A stretch of 64,000 nucleotides of DNA from an uncultured cyanobacterium. GTDB taxonomy: Bacteria > Cyanobacteriota > Cyanobacteriia > Leptolyngbyales > Leptolyngbyaceae. A model generated the notes under the pieces. The model did not search any database. It saw only the letters and a program-made list of their open reading frames with translations, and had not been told where the DNA came from. A program made the position numbers and the translations under genes. This document shows positions 44,406-52,774 of the stretch, one piece after another (position 1 is the first letter of the stretch; every line of letters begins with the position of its first letter). The stretch is taken from positions 128,001 to 192,000 of the forward strand of contig CAVYAN010000072.1 in the NCBI GenBank assembly GCA_963766075.1, read 5' to 3'.

Positions 44406-45473
44406 TCAACCACCCGCTTGGATTACCCCTCGTCTCCCTAACTTGATTCGGGGATCAACAGCCTTCAGCAGCAAGTCTGCCAGCAGGTTGCCCGCAATCA
44501 GCATTACCGCTCCCATCATGAGGCTGGCCATCACTAGGTAGAGATCCTGTGCCAGCACCGCCTGCAAAATCAGCCGTCCTAAACCGGGCCAGTTAAAGAA
44601 AAACTCGGTGATGAAGGCTCCACTCAGCAAACTGGCAAATTCAAACCCGAGCAGCGTAATCAAGGGATTAATGGCGTTGCGGAGGGCATGGATATAGATG
44701 ACCTGGTTTTCGGGGAGACCCTTGGCACGGGCGGTTTGAATGTAATCCTGCCGTAGCACATCTAACAGTTCACCCCGGGTGATCCGTTGCAGTCCGGCAA
44801 AACTGGCCACACTCAGGGCCAAGGTGGGCAGAATCATGTGCCAGCCGATGTCGATCGCCTTGCCCAACGGCGTGAGGTCGGCATGATCAATGCTGGTCAT
44901 ATCCCCAACGGGAAAGAAGGGCGAGGTATTTTGAGCCAGGATCAGCAGCAGCAGCGCGGTGATAAAGCTGGGAATGCCCTGCCCAATATAGCTAATCACC
45001 CGAAGCAGGCGATCGCTCCATTGATTTTGATGCACCGCCCCAACGATCCCCATCGGAATCGCGATCGCCCAAGTCATCACCAAGGAGGACAGCGCCAGTA
45101 GCATGGTGGCGGGCACCCGCTCCCACAGCAGCGCCGACACCGATCGCTGATAGACAAAGCTGGTACCAAAATTTCCCTGGGTCAATATTTGACGTAACCA
45201 AAGGAAATATTGTTCAGTCCAGGATTTATCCAGGCCAAATTGGCGCTTGAGCTGGTCAAGCCGTTCGGGGGAAATCTTGGGATTTTCCTTGAGGGTGTCT
45301 AAATAGTCCCCCGGAGCCAACTGAATCACAATGAAACAAAGCGCTGACGTCAGCAGCAGGGTCAGCAGGGCTTGCAACACCCGTTTCACGACATAGCCAA
45401 AGGTATCGCTCCTTAACACCGCGATCAGATTCTCGAAACCCGTTTGAAGTTGACTCGGGGGGGAGGTCGTCAT
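44406..45473 (-). CDS. Peptide/nickel ABC transporter permease (DppB/OppB family)
   Basis: LAPGD, GNFGTS, DYIQTARAKGL (EAA loop), WPGLG, DPRI. Confidence 0.92.
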   Translation of the reverse strand: MTTSPPSQLQTGFENLIAVLRSDTFGYVVKRVLQALLTLLLTSALCFIVIQLAPGDYLDTLKENPKISPERLDQLKRQFGLDKSWTEQYFLWLRQILTQGNFGTSFVYQRSVSALLWERVPATMLLALSSLVMTWAIAIPMGIVGAVHQNQWSDRLLRVISYIGQGIPSFITALLLLILAQNTSPFFPVGDMTSIDHADLTPLGKAIDIGWHMILPTLALSVASFAGLQRITRGELLDVLRQDYIQTARAKGLPENQVIYIHALRNAINPLITLLGFEFASLLSGAFITEFFFNWPGLGRLILQAVLAQDLYLVMASLMMGAVMLIAGNLLADLLLKAVDPRIKLGRRGVIQAGG

Positions 45474-45477
45474 AACT

Positions 45478-45993
45478 TTAGTACTGCACTAGGCTAATGA
45501 TAGGCACCTGGGGTAGTTTTGTCCGCCCGTTCAGATCTTTGAGTTCAATCACGAAGGCAAACCCGACCAGTTCGCAACAGGCTTGTTGAATCAGTTGCGC
45601 AGTGGCGGTGGCGGTGCCGCCCGTGGCGATTAAGTCATCCACAACCAAGACCTTGCTGCCAGAGGGGAGCAGGGCGTCTTGGTGGATTTCCAGGCAATCG
45701 GTGCCATATTCCAGATCATACTCAGCGGAAAAGACCTGGGCGGGCAGCTTGCCCGGTTTGCGGACTGGGACGAACCCAGTGCCCATTTTGTAGGCCAGAG
45801 GCGTGCCAAAGATGAAGCCTCGGGATTCCATGCCCACAATGTAGTCCACGGAGAGGTCGCTGCACTGATCGGCGATCGCATCAATGGTGTAGCGCAACCC
45901 TGCCGGATCGCGCAGCAGGGTTGTAATGTCTTTAAATAAGATCCCCGGTTTGGGAAAATCGGGAATTTCGCGAATAAGGGATTTTATATCCAT
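45478..45993 (-). CDS. apt: Adenine phosphoribosyltransferase
   Basis: [37 protein letters not shown]; start trimmed to ATG 45993. Confidence 0.97.
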   Translation of the reverse strand: MDIKSLIREIPDFPKPGILFKDITTLLRDPAGLRYTIDAIADQCSDLSVDYIVGMESRGFIFGTPLAYKMGTGFVPVRKPGKLPAQVFSAEYDLEYGTDCLEIHQDALLPSGSKVLVVDDLIATGGTATATAQLIQQACCELVGFAFVIELKDLNGRTKLPQVPIISLVQY

Positions 45994-46414
45994 GAAGGTG
46001 ATGCCGTGAAGAACCGATAGGAAGGAAGGGAATATCGCGCGTTTTCGCCAGATTGAGTGCCCAAGATTGAGCGCCCACCGCAGCGAATCCTTTGAACAAG
46101 ATACCGCTTGCAGGGAATTTACATATAGATTTTTGATACCAATTTGCACTTGGCCCCCGATCTGGTTGGGTCGGGTTAGGGTCAGGTCGGTGAAACAGGT
46201 TGCCCCCTTAAGCAACGAGCGGCTTGGATGGCTACGGGCTGGGCAGGTCTGAAGGCTGGGCTAATCGGGCTGCCTGAATAAACTGGCTACCTAAATAAAC
46301 TGACTGCCTAAATAAACTTGATGCTTGGATAAACTCTTAGGCGTTTGGGTTATGGTCGGACGGGGCGATCGCCTAGAGTGTGGAAAATCGGGAACTAATC
46401 CAAAGTGATGAGGT

Positions 46415-46720
46415 GTGGGTGTGAAGTACTTTTTTCTATCAGAAGGATGGACAGTGGGCCGGGTGTGGGAACTGGGCGGCTTGTGGAATGAAATTGGCTG
46501 GCGGCGTAAACCCGAGATTCAGCGCTTGGATTTGGGCATTTGGGAGCAGGGTGAAAAGCTGTGGCTTTACTGCGTAGAGGATGCTGTATTGATGGTCGAA
46601 GTCCAGCCGGGAAAGACAGCTCAGGCTGCGACGAGCAGCATTGGGCAGGTGGTGTTGAAACGGTTGATGACCGCAGACCAAGCGATCGAACGGTTGTGTA
46701 GTGCCCAAATCACCTCCTAG
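46415..46720 (+). CDS. Hypothetical protein
   Basis: 101 aa, KYFFLSEGW..GRVWE.GG.W...IGQVVLKRL; GAGG RBS. Confidence 0.7.
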   Translation: MGVKYFFLSEGWTVGRVWELGGLWNEIGWRRKPEIQRLDLGIWEQGEKLWLYCVEDAVLMVEVQPGKTAQAATSSIGQVVLKRLMTADQAIERLCSAQITS

Positions 46721-46732
46721 CCCCCCGAGGGC

Positions 46733-47500
46733 TTATGGAGCAAGGCCAACAGCGGGACGGAGAACGAGGACTTGACCGCTATCGACTACCTGCGTAATCA
46801 AACCACGACGGGTCAAATCTTGGGCGAGGGCCGTGGCGGTGGCGGCATCGGCGGTATACATCCCTAAAAGATAGGGGTGTTGACTGTAGGACACCAAGGC
46901 GATCTCCCGTCCGACTAGGGCTTGGAGCTGTCGAGTTAAGTCCAGGGCAACCTCGGGGCGATCGCTAAAGTCCACCAGTACGGCATAGCCCGGACCCAAG
47001 GGCTGCGGCGCATAGGCAGTGGGCGCGGTCACGCTGGGCCGGGGGGCGATCGCCCGCGCCTGAGTCATCACGACCGACAACCCCGTCGCCGCAATGATCC
47101 GCTGTCCTAACGCCTGAGCGGCGGTCACACTGGGTAAGCCTTTCACTTGGATCACCCCCGTATTGGTCACGCCGCCTGTCGGGTCCAGGCTTTGGTAATT
47201 GCAGAGTTGACCGGGGGAGTCCGGGGGCAAAATCTGCCGGACCCGATTTGGGTCTTCGGGACTCTGACTAAGAATCAAGAGGGCGTATTCACCGGGTAGT
47301 GGCGCAACACAGGGGGCATAAAAGCTGGATGGAGCGGGTGAGTCCGGAATGGTGGGAGGCGGGGGCAGTTGCGCTAGGGTGGTCAGGGGAAATGCCAGAA
47401 TAGCCGCCGCAGACATGCCTCCCCAAAGTAGCCGAGGCCGGGGAGAATTTTGGATCTGGCGCGATCGCATACCGCCCACCATAGAATTCACTTCCACCAT
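46733..47500 (-). CDS. Secreted Pro-rich hypothetical protein
   Basis: Signal-like segment; YAPQPLGPGYAVLVDF, HPYLL motifs. Confidence 0.65.
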   Translation of the reverse strand: MVEVNSMVGGMRSRQIQNSPRPRLLWGGMSAAAILAFPLTTLAQLPPPPTIPDSPAPSSFYAPCVAPLPGEYALLILSQSPEDPNRVRQILPPDSPGQLCNYQSLDPTGGVTNTGVIQVKGLPSVTAAQALGQRIIAATGLSVVMTQARAIAPRPSVTAPTAYAPQPLGPGYAVLVDFSDRPEVALDLTRQLQALVGREIALVSYSQHPYLLGMYTADAATATALAQDLTRRGLITQVVDSGQVLVLRPAVGLAP

Positions 47501-47723
47501 AAAATAGATTGCCGGATCATCACGGTTAGGATCATCACTGTCAGTGCGTTAATGTAGCACCGATTGCCGGCAATGACTGAATTTTAGGAAGTGACTCATG
47601 CTGTCCTTTGCATGTTGTCCTCTGGATGAGGAGGCTCCTTTGGGCCGCCGTTAAGCAGAAAGCCGCTCCATGGGAAAGTGACCCGAGAGAAAGTGACCCG
47701 ATTGGGAGAGAAGGCGAACCGAT

Positions 47724-47882
47724 TAAGGCGATTTCTAAGAAATAATACTTCCGCTGGCTTCGACTACGCTCAGGCAGCGGAAGATCGCTCTCTTCTATTC
47801 CGCGCAGCCAGCAGAAGATCGCTCCCTTCGACCCCGCTCAGGGAGCGATCTCAGTGGTCGATTCTTTCATAGAACTCTCCTA
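47724..47882. mobile_element. MITE/REP-like dispersed element, copy 5
   Basis: Left end TAAGGCGATTTCTAAGAAA, right end TTTCATAGAACTCTCCTA (overlaps the ycf54 stop); core hairpins inside. Confidence 0.7.
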
Positions 47883-48212
47883 GGAAGCCGCTGTGGCCAG
47901 GGATGCCAAGGGCTGAGGAATGCTATCCGAAGGAGCAGAAAACTCGCCGGTAATCACAAACTCCAATCTTAGCTTCAGCCAAGTAATAAATTGGCGGTTC
48001 GTGGAAATAATAGCGCTGGCGGGCTGGGGGCATTTTGCCTTCATCGCTGCAAACTCTGGCGCATCCAAAAAAGCAGGCTGAGACACCAGCCAAAAATCGA
48101 TTTCCTTACCCTTATCGTGATAATCCCGGATCCGCTCGGTGAGAACTTCGTCGGTGGGCTCTTCCACGGTTAAGAATTGCGTGCTTGCCAAAACAAAATA
48201 ATAAGTCTGCAT
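47880..48212 (-). CDS. ycf54: Ycf54, Mg-protoporphyrin monomethyl ester cyclase accessory protein
   Basis: YYFVLAS..FL..EEP..EVL.ER...KEIDFWLV.QPAFL, FITWLKLRLEFV. Confidence 0.95.
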   Translation of the reverse strand: MQTYYFVLASTQFLTVEEPTDEVLTERIRDYHDKGKEIDFWLVSQPAFLDAPEFAAMKAKCPQPASAIISTNRQFITWLKLRLEFVITGEFSAPSDSIPQPLASLATAAS

Positions 48213-48426
48213 CGGTATAAGGGGTCGATTGGGTTATGTGCTGGTTTGCCGGCGCTGGTTCGCTAGTGCTAACTTGCTGGTGCGAATTGACCGATGTTGG
48301 CCGCGTTTTTCTGCGACGTGGTGCGCGCTGACCCAGCACCGTATAATTTATCATCAATCTACAGGTGCATAAACGATTGCATCACTGGCTCCACCGCCGC
48401 GTGGGTTACGCAGAAAGGGTTTTGGG

Positions 48427-49146
48427 CTAGATTCCTCGCATGGCCTGCTTCATCTCGCGGACAGCGCGTTCTAGGCCAACGAGGACGGCACGACTGATAA
48501 TGGTGTGCCCAATGTTGAGCTCTTCCATTCCGGGCAGGCAGGCTACGGGATAGACGTTCCAATAGGTGAGGCCATGGCCTGCATTCACGCGCAGGTTAGC
48601 CGCGATCGCCCGTTCACATCCTGCCCGCAGCACCTCCAACTCTTTCTGGCGCAGGGATTCGTCCTGGGCTTCGGCGTAGGTCCCTGTATGCAGTTCAATC
48701 AACTTTGCGCCAATCTGGGCAGAGGCGTCGATTTGGTGGGGAACAGCGTCAATAAACATGCTGACCGGGATATTGGCGTCTTGCAGAGTGGTCACAACTT
48801 GTTGCATGCGGGAAATCTGTCCTGCCACATCGAGTCCACCTTCAGTAGTGACTTCTTCGCGCTTTTCGGGAACCAAAGTCACGTAATCGGGCTGGATGTC
48901 GAGGGCGATCGCCACCATTTCATCCGTTGCGGCCATTTCCAAATTCAGCCGCGTCCGAACCGTCTGACGTAAGATTCGCACGTCGCGATCTTGAATATGC
49001 CGCCGATCTTCGCGCAGGTGCACGGTAATACCATCGGCCCCAGCCAGTTCCACCAGCACAGCAGCGGCAACTGGATCCGGCTCTACGGTACGGCGGGCTT
49101 GTCGAATCGTCGCAATATGATCAATATTTACACCCAGTGTTAGCAA
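48427..49146 (-). CDS. pdxJ: Pyridoxine 5'-phosphate synthase
   Basis: [42 protein letters not shown]. Confidence 0.98.
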   Translation of the reverse strand: MLTLGVNIDHIATIRQARRTVEPDPVAAAVLVELAGADGITVHLREDRRHIQDRDVRILRQTVRTRLNLEMAATDEMVAIALDIQPDYVTLVPEKREEVTTEGGLDVAGQISRMQQVVTTLQDANIPVSMFIDAVPHQIDASAQIGAKLIELHTGTYAEAQDESLRQKELEVLRAGCERAIAANLRVNAGHGLTYWNVYPVACLPGMEELNIGHTIISRAVLVGLERAVREMKQAMRGI

Positions 49147-49311
49147 ACTGCCGCGCTCCCGTTGTGTTCATCAGGTTATTTCCTTAGATCCTAACGGAAA
49201 GCCCTCCGGAATAGAGACGCGATCGCTCACGTCTTTCCGAAAGGCAAATCTTACTCTCTAGGAGACTGTTCTTCTGGGAGACTGTTCTGACGAGTACAGA
49301 TCTGACGAGCA

Positions 49312-49428
49312 CAGAAATCTCTATGAAAAATTTACTGCGGAAGATTGCTCCCTGAGCGGAGTCGTAGTTCGCTTCCCGCAGGGTAGGGAGCAATCTGCGG
49401 CGGGCTTCGGCTCTGCTCAGCCCGCGGG
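49312..49428. mobile_element. MITE/REP-like dispersed element, copy 6
   Basis: AGATTGCTCCC-TGAGCGGAGTCG[nested insert]-AGGGAGCAATCT plus GCGGGC-TTCGGCTCTGCTCA-GCCCGC. Confidence 0.65.
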
Positions 49429-49457
49429 TCTACCTATTCAACGAGTACCGCTCTGAA

Positions 49458-50591
49458 CTATGGTTGCGATGAGCGCCGAAGCCGACGGGCCGCCCCCAGA
49501 CCAGCAGCCGTGACGGCGAGGCCCAGAATCGTGGAGGGTTCAGGGACAGCGGCAGCAGTAATGCCGACGGGGCGTACGAGGCGATTGTCCTCAAACAGTC
49601 TGCCCGTGAAGGTTTTAGCATCGCCCTGGGCTCCATTAAAGGCCAGCAGAGAGCCTACCAGGCTAGTACTGTTAAAGCCCACCGCATAAAGAACATCGGG
49701 CTGATCGCCCCCAAAGGTGAGACCTCCAATAAAATTGCTGCTAGGGATTGTCCCGGTATAGTTGGTAGAAATCGTATCGACCAAGCGGCCATCGGGAGCA
49801 TAGCGGCGGATGCCGCCCGCGAAGTCACTCACCAACAAATCGTTATTGGGGGCTAAGAGCAGGCCCAGCAGGCTAATAAATCCCGGATTTTCGGGCAAAA
49901 GCGCAGGCTGATCCACAAACACTTGGGGATCGATCGTCGATCGCTGCCCCGCAACTTGCTCAGGACTGTAACGCAAAACCTGACTGCTGAAATTAAAGGT
50001 CAGATTTCCGAGGGCATCATTGGCACTCCCCTCCGTCGTCACATAAAGGCTACCATCCGGACCAAACAGCAGACCATTCGGACCATTTAGGCCATTCAGG
50101 CTACCTAAGCCCGAATTATTATCCGACGCAAACACATCTAAAAACTGGCCCGTTTTGCCATCAAAGCGCAGAATTTGGTTGGAGCGAAAACTGCTGACAT
50201 AGAGATTACCATCGGGGCCGAAGGCATTGCCATAAGGGCGAACCAGACCATTGCCCGATGCAGCTACTCCTAAAAACTCGCCCGTCGGGCTAAACCGCAG
50301 CACCGCAGAGTCCTTGGGATAGCTACTATCGAATAAATTGAGGCCACTGTTGCCGCCGCTACTGACATAAAGATTACCGTCGGGACCGAAGGTGAGCGCG
50401 TCCGGCTCCCGCAGTCCTCCTAACCCTGGTGTTGTAAAGTTGCCTTGAAATGTGCCCGTAATTTCGTCGAATATCGTGATGCTATCGCTTCGCGTATTGC
50501 CGATGTACAGAACAGCGTCTGCCCGAGGGCTGGCAAACCCCAAGACCGTCAAAACACTGAAAGCACTGAACAACTGCCGAAAAACTTTCAT
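49458..50591 (-). CDS. PEP-CTERM-anchored beta-propeller surface protein
   Basis: Signal peptide, three FGPDG.LYV repeats, C-terminal VPEPSTILGL-TM-RRLRR. Confidence 0.88.
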   Translation of the reverse strand: MKVFRQLFSAFSVLTVLGFASPRADAVLYIGNTRSDSITIFDEITGTFQGNFTTPGLGGLREPDALTFGPDGNLYVSSGGNSGLNLFDSSYPKDSAVLRFSPTGEFLGVAASGNGLVRPYGNAFGPDGNLYVSSFRSNQILRFDGKTGQFLDVFASDNNSGLGSLNGLNGPNGLLFGPDGSLYVTTEGSANDALGNLTFNFSSQVLRYSPEQVAGQRSTIDPQVFVDQPALLPENPGFISLLGLLLAPNNDLLVSDFAGGIRRYAPDGRLVDTISTNYTGTIPSSNFIGGLTFGGDQPDVLYAVGFNSTSLVGSLLAFNGAQGDAKTFTGRLFEDNRLVRPVGITAAAVPEPSTILGLAVTAAGLGAARRLRRSSQP

Positions 50592-50648
50592 GGGGGTAGA
50601 TCCGTAATGACACTTAAAACATCCTCTCGAAGAATTAGAGAATGTCAA

Positions 50649-50664
50649 TGTATTTTTCATTACA
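50649..50664. promoter_or_regulatory. Candidate NtcA box next to a TTGACA -35 on the minus strand
   Basis: TGTA-TTTTTCAT-TACA, 58 bp upstream of the PEP-CTERM ATG; the -10 element is weak. Confidence 0.4.
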
Positions 50665-50710
50665 AAACTTGACCCACTTCCGTAAATTTATGGTGAAGTT
50701 TTTCGGGGAG

Positions 50711-51424
50711 CTACTTGCGGGTTAGCGTCGTAAACGAGAGTTCAGGTTCTTCCAGCGCCAGGAAATCGATGTGCTTACCGATGGGGGCTTTAGAAGCGGT
50801 GAGGCGAGCCAGGATTTCGGGGTGCATGGCTTCTACGAACCTCTGCCGCTGACTGGTTAAGAAAATAAATTCAGTGCCGCCAATGCGGACCAAATCGCCA
50901 TCCTGTAACAAATGGCGATGCTTGATGCGTACCCAGTTTACATAGGAACCGTTCATACTGTTGAGATCAATTAGATAAAACCCCACTCCGGGAACATGCA
51001 GAATCACGGCATGGCGGCGAGACATTGACTTGTCGCGGATGGGCAAGGCCACTTCCCGATTACGGCCCAGCGTCCAGACCATCTGGGGCTGGATCACCAC
51101 CTGTGACTCACCCCCCAGTAAATTGGTGATGATGTAAACTTGGCCACCTTGGACAATCCCCTGGATATACTTCGGATGGGTTTGGCTGGCGGTGGCAGTC
51201 AGCATTCCTTCTGAGGAATCTGCCGGAGAGTCGATGTTTAAAGTGGGGGTTTTGAAGTGGATTGCATCATCAAACTCATCATCGATTTCTGGCAGGGCGG
51301 ATACAGAGCGGGAAATGGCATAGCCTGATGTATCCGCCCCCGATGGCGAGGGAGCGACATAATCCCTCATGGGTTCGTAGTCTTCTGTTGCTTCTACTGG
51401 GTTGAATTCTAGATTCATTCGCAC
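50711..51424 (-). CDS. FHA domain protein
   Basis: WTLGR, MSRRHA, DLNSMNGSYVN, LQDGD.VRIG. Confidence 0.9.
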   Translation of the reverse strand: MRMNLEFNPVEATEDYEPMRDYVAPSPSGADTSGYAISRSVSALPEIDDEFDDAIHFKTPTLNIDSPADSSEGMLTATASQTHPKYIQGIVQGGQVYIITNLLGGESQVVIQPQMVWTLGRNREVALPIRDKSMSRRHAVILHVPGVGFYLIDLNSMNGSYVNWVRIKHRHLLQDGDLVRIGGTEFIFLTSQRQRFVEAMHPEILARLTASKAPIGKHIDFLALEEPELSFTTLTRK

Positions 51425-51590
51425 CTTCCAGGGCTGTGTGCAATCGGTGAATTTGAAGTTTCCTATAGCTTAGAGTTCCCGGAAATGTCTAGGTGTCAAC
51501 GGATACTTTGACTAGTCTAGAAAAATTGAGTATGCAGTGCGGCAGGTCAGCTTAGCCCACTAAAAACGGACCAAAAAATGGACCAAAAAA

Positions 51591-51626
51591 TCCCTTGGGA
51601 AGCTGCGATCGCAGCTTCCCAAGGGA
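51591..51626 (-). terminator. Intrinsic terminator for rfbF; 36-bp perfect palindrome centred on HIP1
   Basis: TCCCTTGGGAAGCT-GCGATCGC-AGCTTCCCAAGGGA followed by T6 on the minus strand. Confidence 0.7.
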
Positions 51627-51691
51627 ACAGGCCGTTGAATAGGCCAAGTTAATGCGCCAAGTTAATGGGCTAAACAGTGGACGCCCAGGGA

Positions 51692-52513
51692 CTACAGCAA
51701 TTCGCTGGCCTGTGAACTATTCCACACCTGCCAGACAGCTTTGCCGTCCTCACAGAGGGTGTTTAAATATTCCAGTTCCCGATAGGTATCCATGCACTGC
51801 CAAAAGCCATTGTGCCGGTAAACTCCGAGTTCTCCTAGGGCCGCCAAGGTCTTTAAGGGGGCCGCTTCAAAGGTGGTCTCGTCCCCTTCAATCAGGTCTA
51901 GCACTTTGCGGTGCAGGACAAAATAGCCCCCGTTGATCCAACCTTCACTGGTTTGGGGCTTTTCCTGAAAAGCACTGACAAAGGAATCTTCGATGACCAG
52001 TTCGCCAAATCGCGAGGGCGGGCGCACGGCGGTGATGGTGGCCAGTTTGCCATGGCTGCGATGAAAATCTACCACCGCCTCAATGTTGACGTTGCACACG
52101 CCATCGCCGTAGGTGGCCAGAAAAATATCGGAATCCATTTGCCGCAGGTAAGGAGCCATGCGCTTCAACCGTCCGCCGGTCATGGTTTCGGCTCCGGTAT
52201 CAATCAACCACAATTTCCAATCGGATTCATCATGCCCACACCCTAGTTTTTTGACGGCTTTATTGCCGAGATCCAACAGCACATCGTTGTGATTCCAGTC
52301 GTAGTTAAAAAAGTATTCCCGCACCATTTCGCCCTTGTAGCCCAGGCATAGCATGAAGTCTTTAAAGCCGTAGTGGGAGTAGGTTTTCATGATGTGCCAG
52401 ATGATGGGGCGATCGCCCACGGTAATCATCGGCTTGGGCCGGAACTCCGTTTCTTCACGCAGACGGGTACCCTTGCCCCCACACAAAATCACCACTGGAA
52501 TGGACTGAGTCAT
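51692..52513 (-). CDS. rfbF: Glucose-1-phosphate cytidylyltransferase
   Basis: ILCGGKGTRL.EET..RPKPM, TMTGGRLKR, TYGDG, WINGG, FWQCMDT. Confidence 0.93.
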   Translation of the reverse strand: MTQSIPVVILCGGKGTRLREETEFRPKPMITVGDRPIIWHIMKTYSHYGFKDFMLCLGYKGEMVREYFFNYDWNHNDVLLDLGNKAVKKLGCGHDESDWKLWLIDTGAETMTGGRLKRMAPYLRQMDSDIFLATYGDGVCNVNIEAVVDFHRSHGKLATITAVRPPSRFGELVIEDSFVSAFQEKPQTSEGWINGGYFVLHRKVLDLIEGDETTFEAAPLKTLAALGELGVYRHNGFWQCMDTYRELEYLNTLCEDGKAVWQVWNSSQASELL

Positions 52514-52774
52514 AGGTTTACTTCCCTTAATATGTTCAAAAAGACCCGTGTTTTCAAACTCGCTTTCAAAAAAGTCTTGCCTCGCAAGACCTCAGTAAAA
52601 GCCTTGATAAAATTTGGTGCGGCTTACCCGAGGGCAAACGACGAGCAGGCCCACGAGCAAACTGTTGATCTTGGCCCTCAGTTTGAATTCCAGGCTAGGA
52701 AAATTCGCGGGGCCGCGATCGCACCAATCACACTTAAACGACTTTCAGGAAAACTTAGAAGGTTTAATCAATTC

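Noticed and set aside
45994..46215. N-terminal extension of Apt in the ORF track
   Set aside because: Homology starts at MDIKSLIR (45993); similar over-long starts were trimmed for sufB, trpS and others
46170..46260. SRP RNA-like GGTCAGGTC sequence
   Set aside because: Lacks the GGAAGGAAGCAGC domain IV continuation and the long enclosing stem
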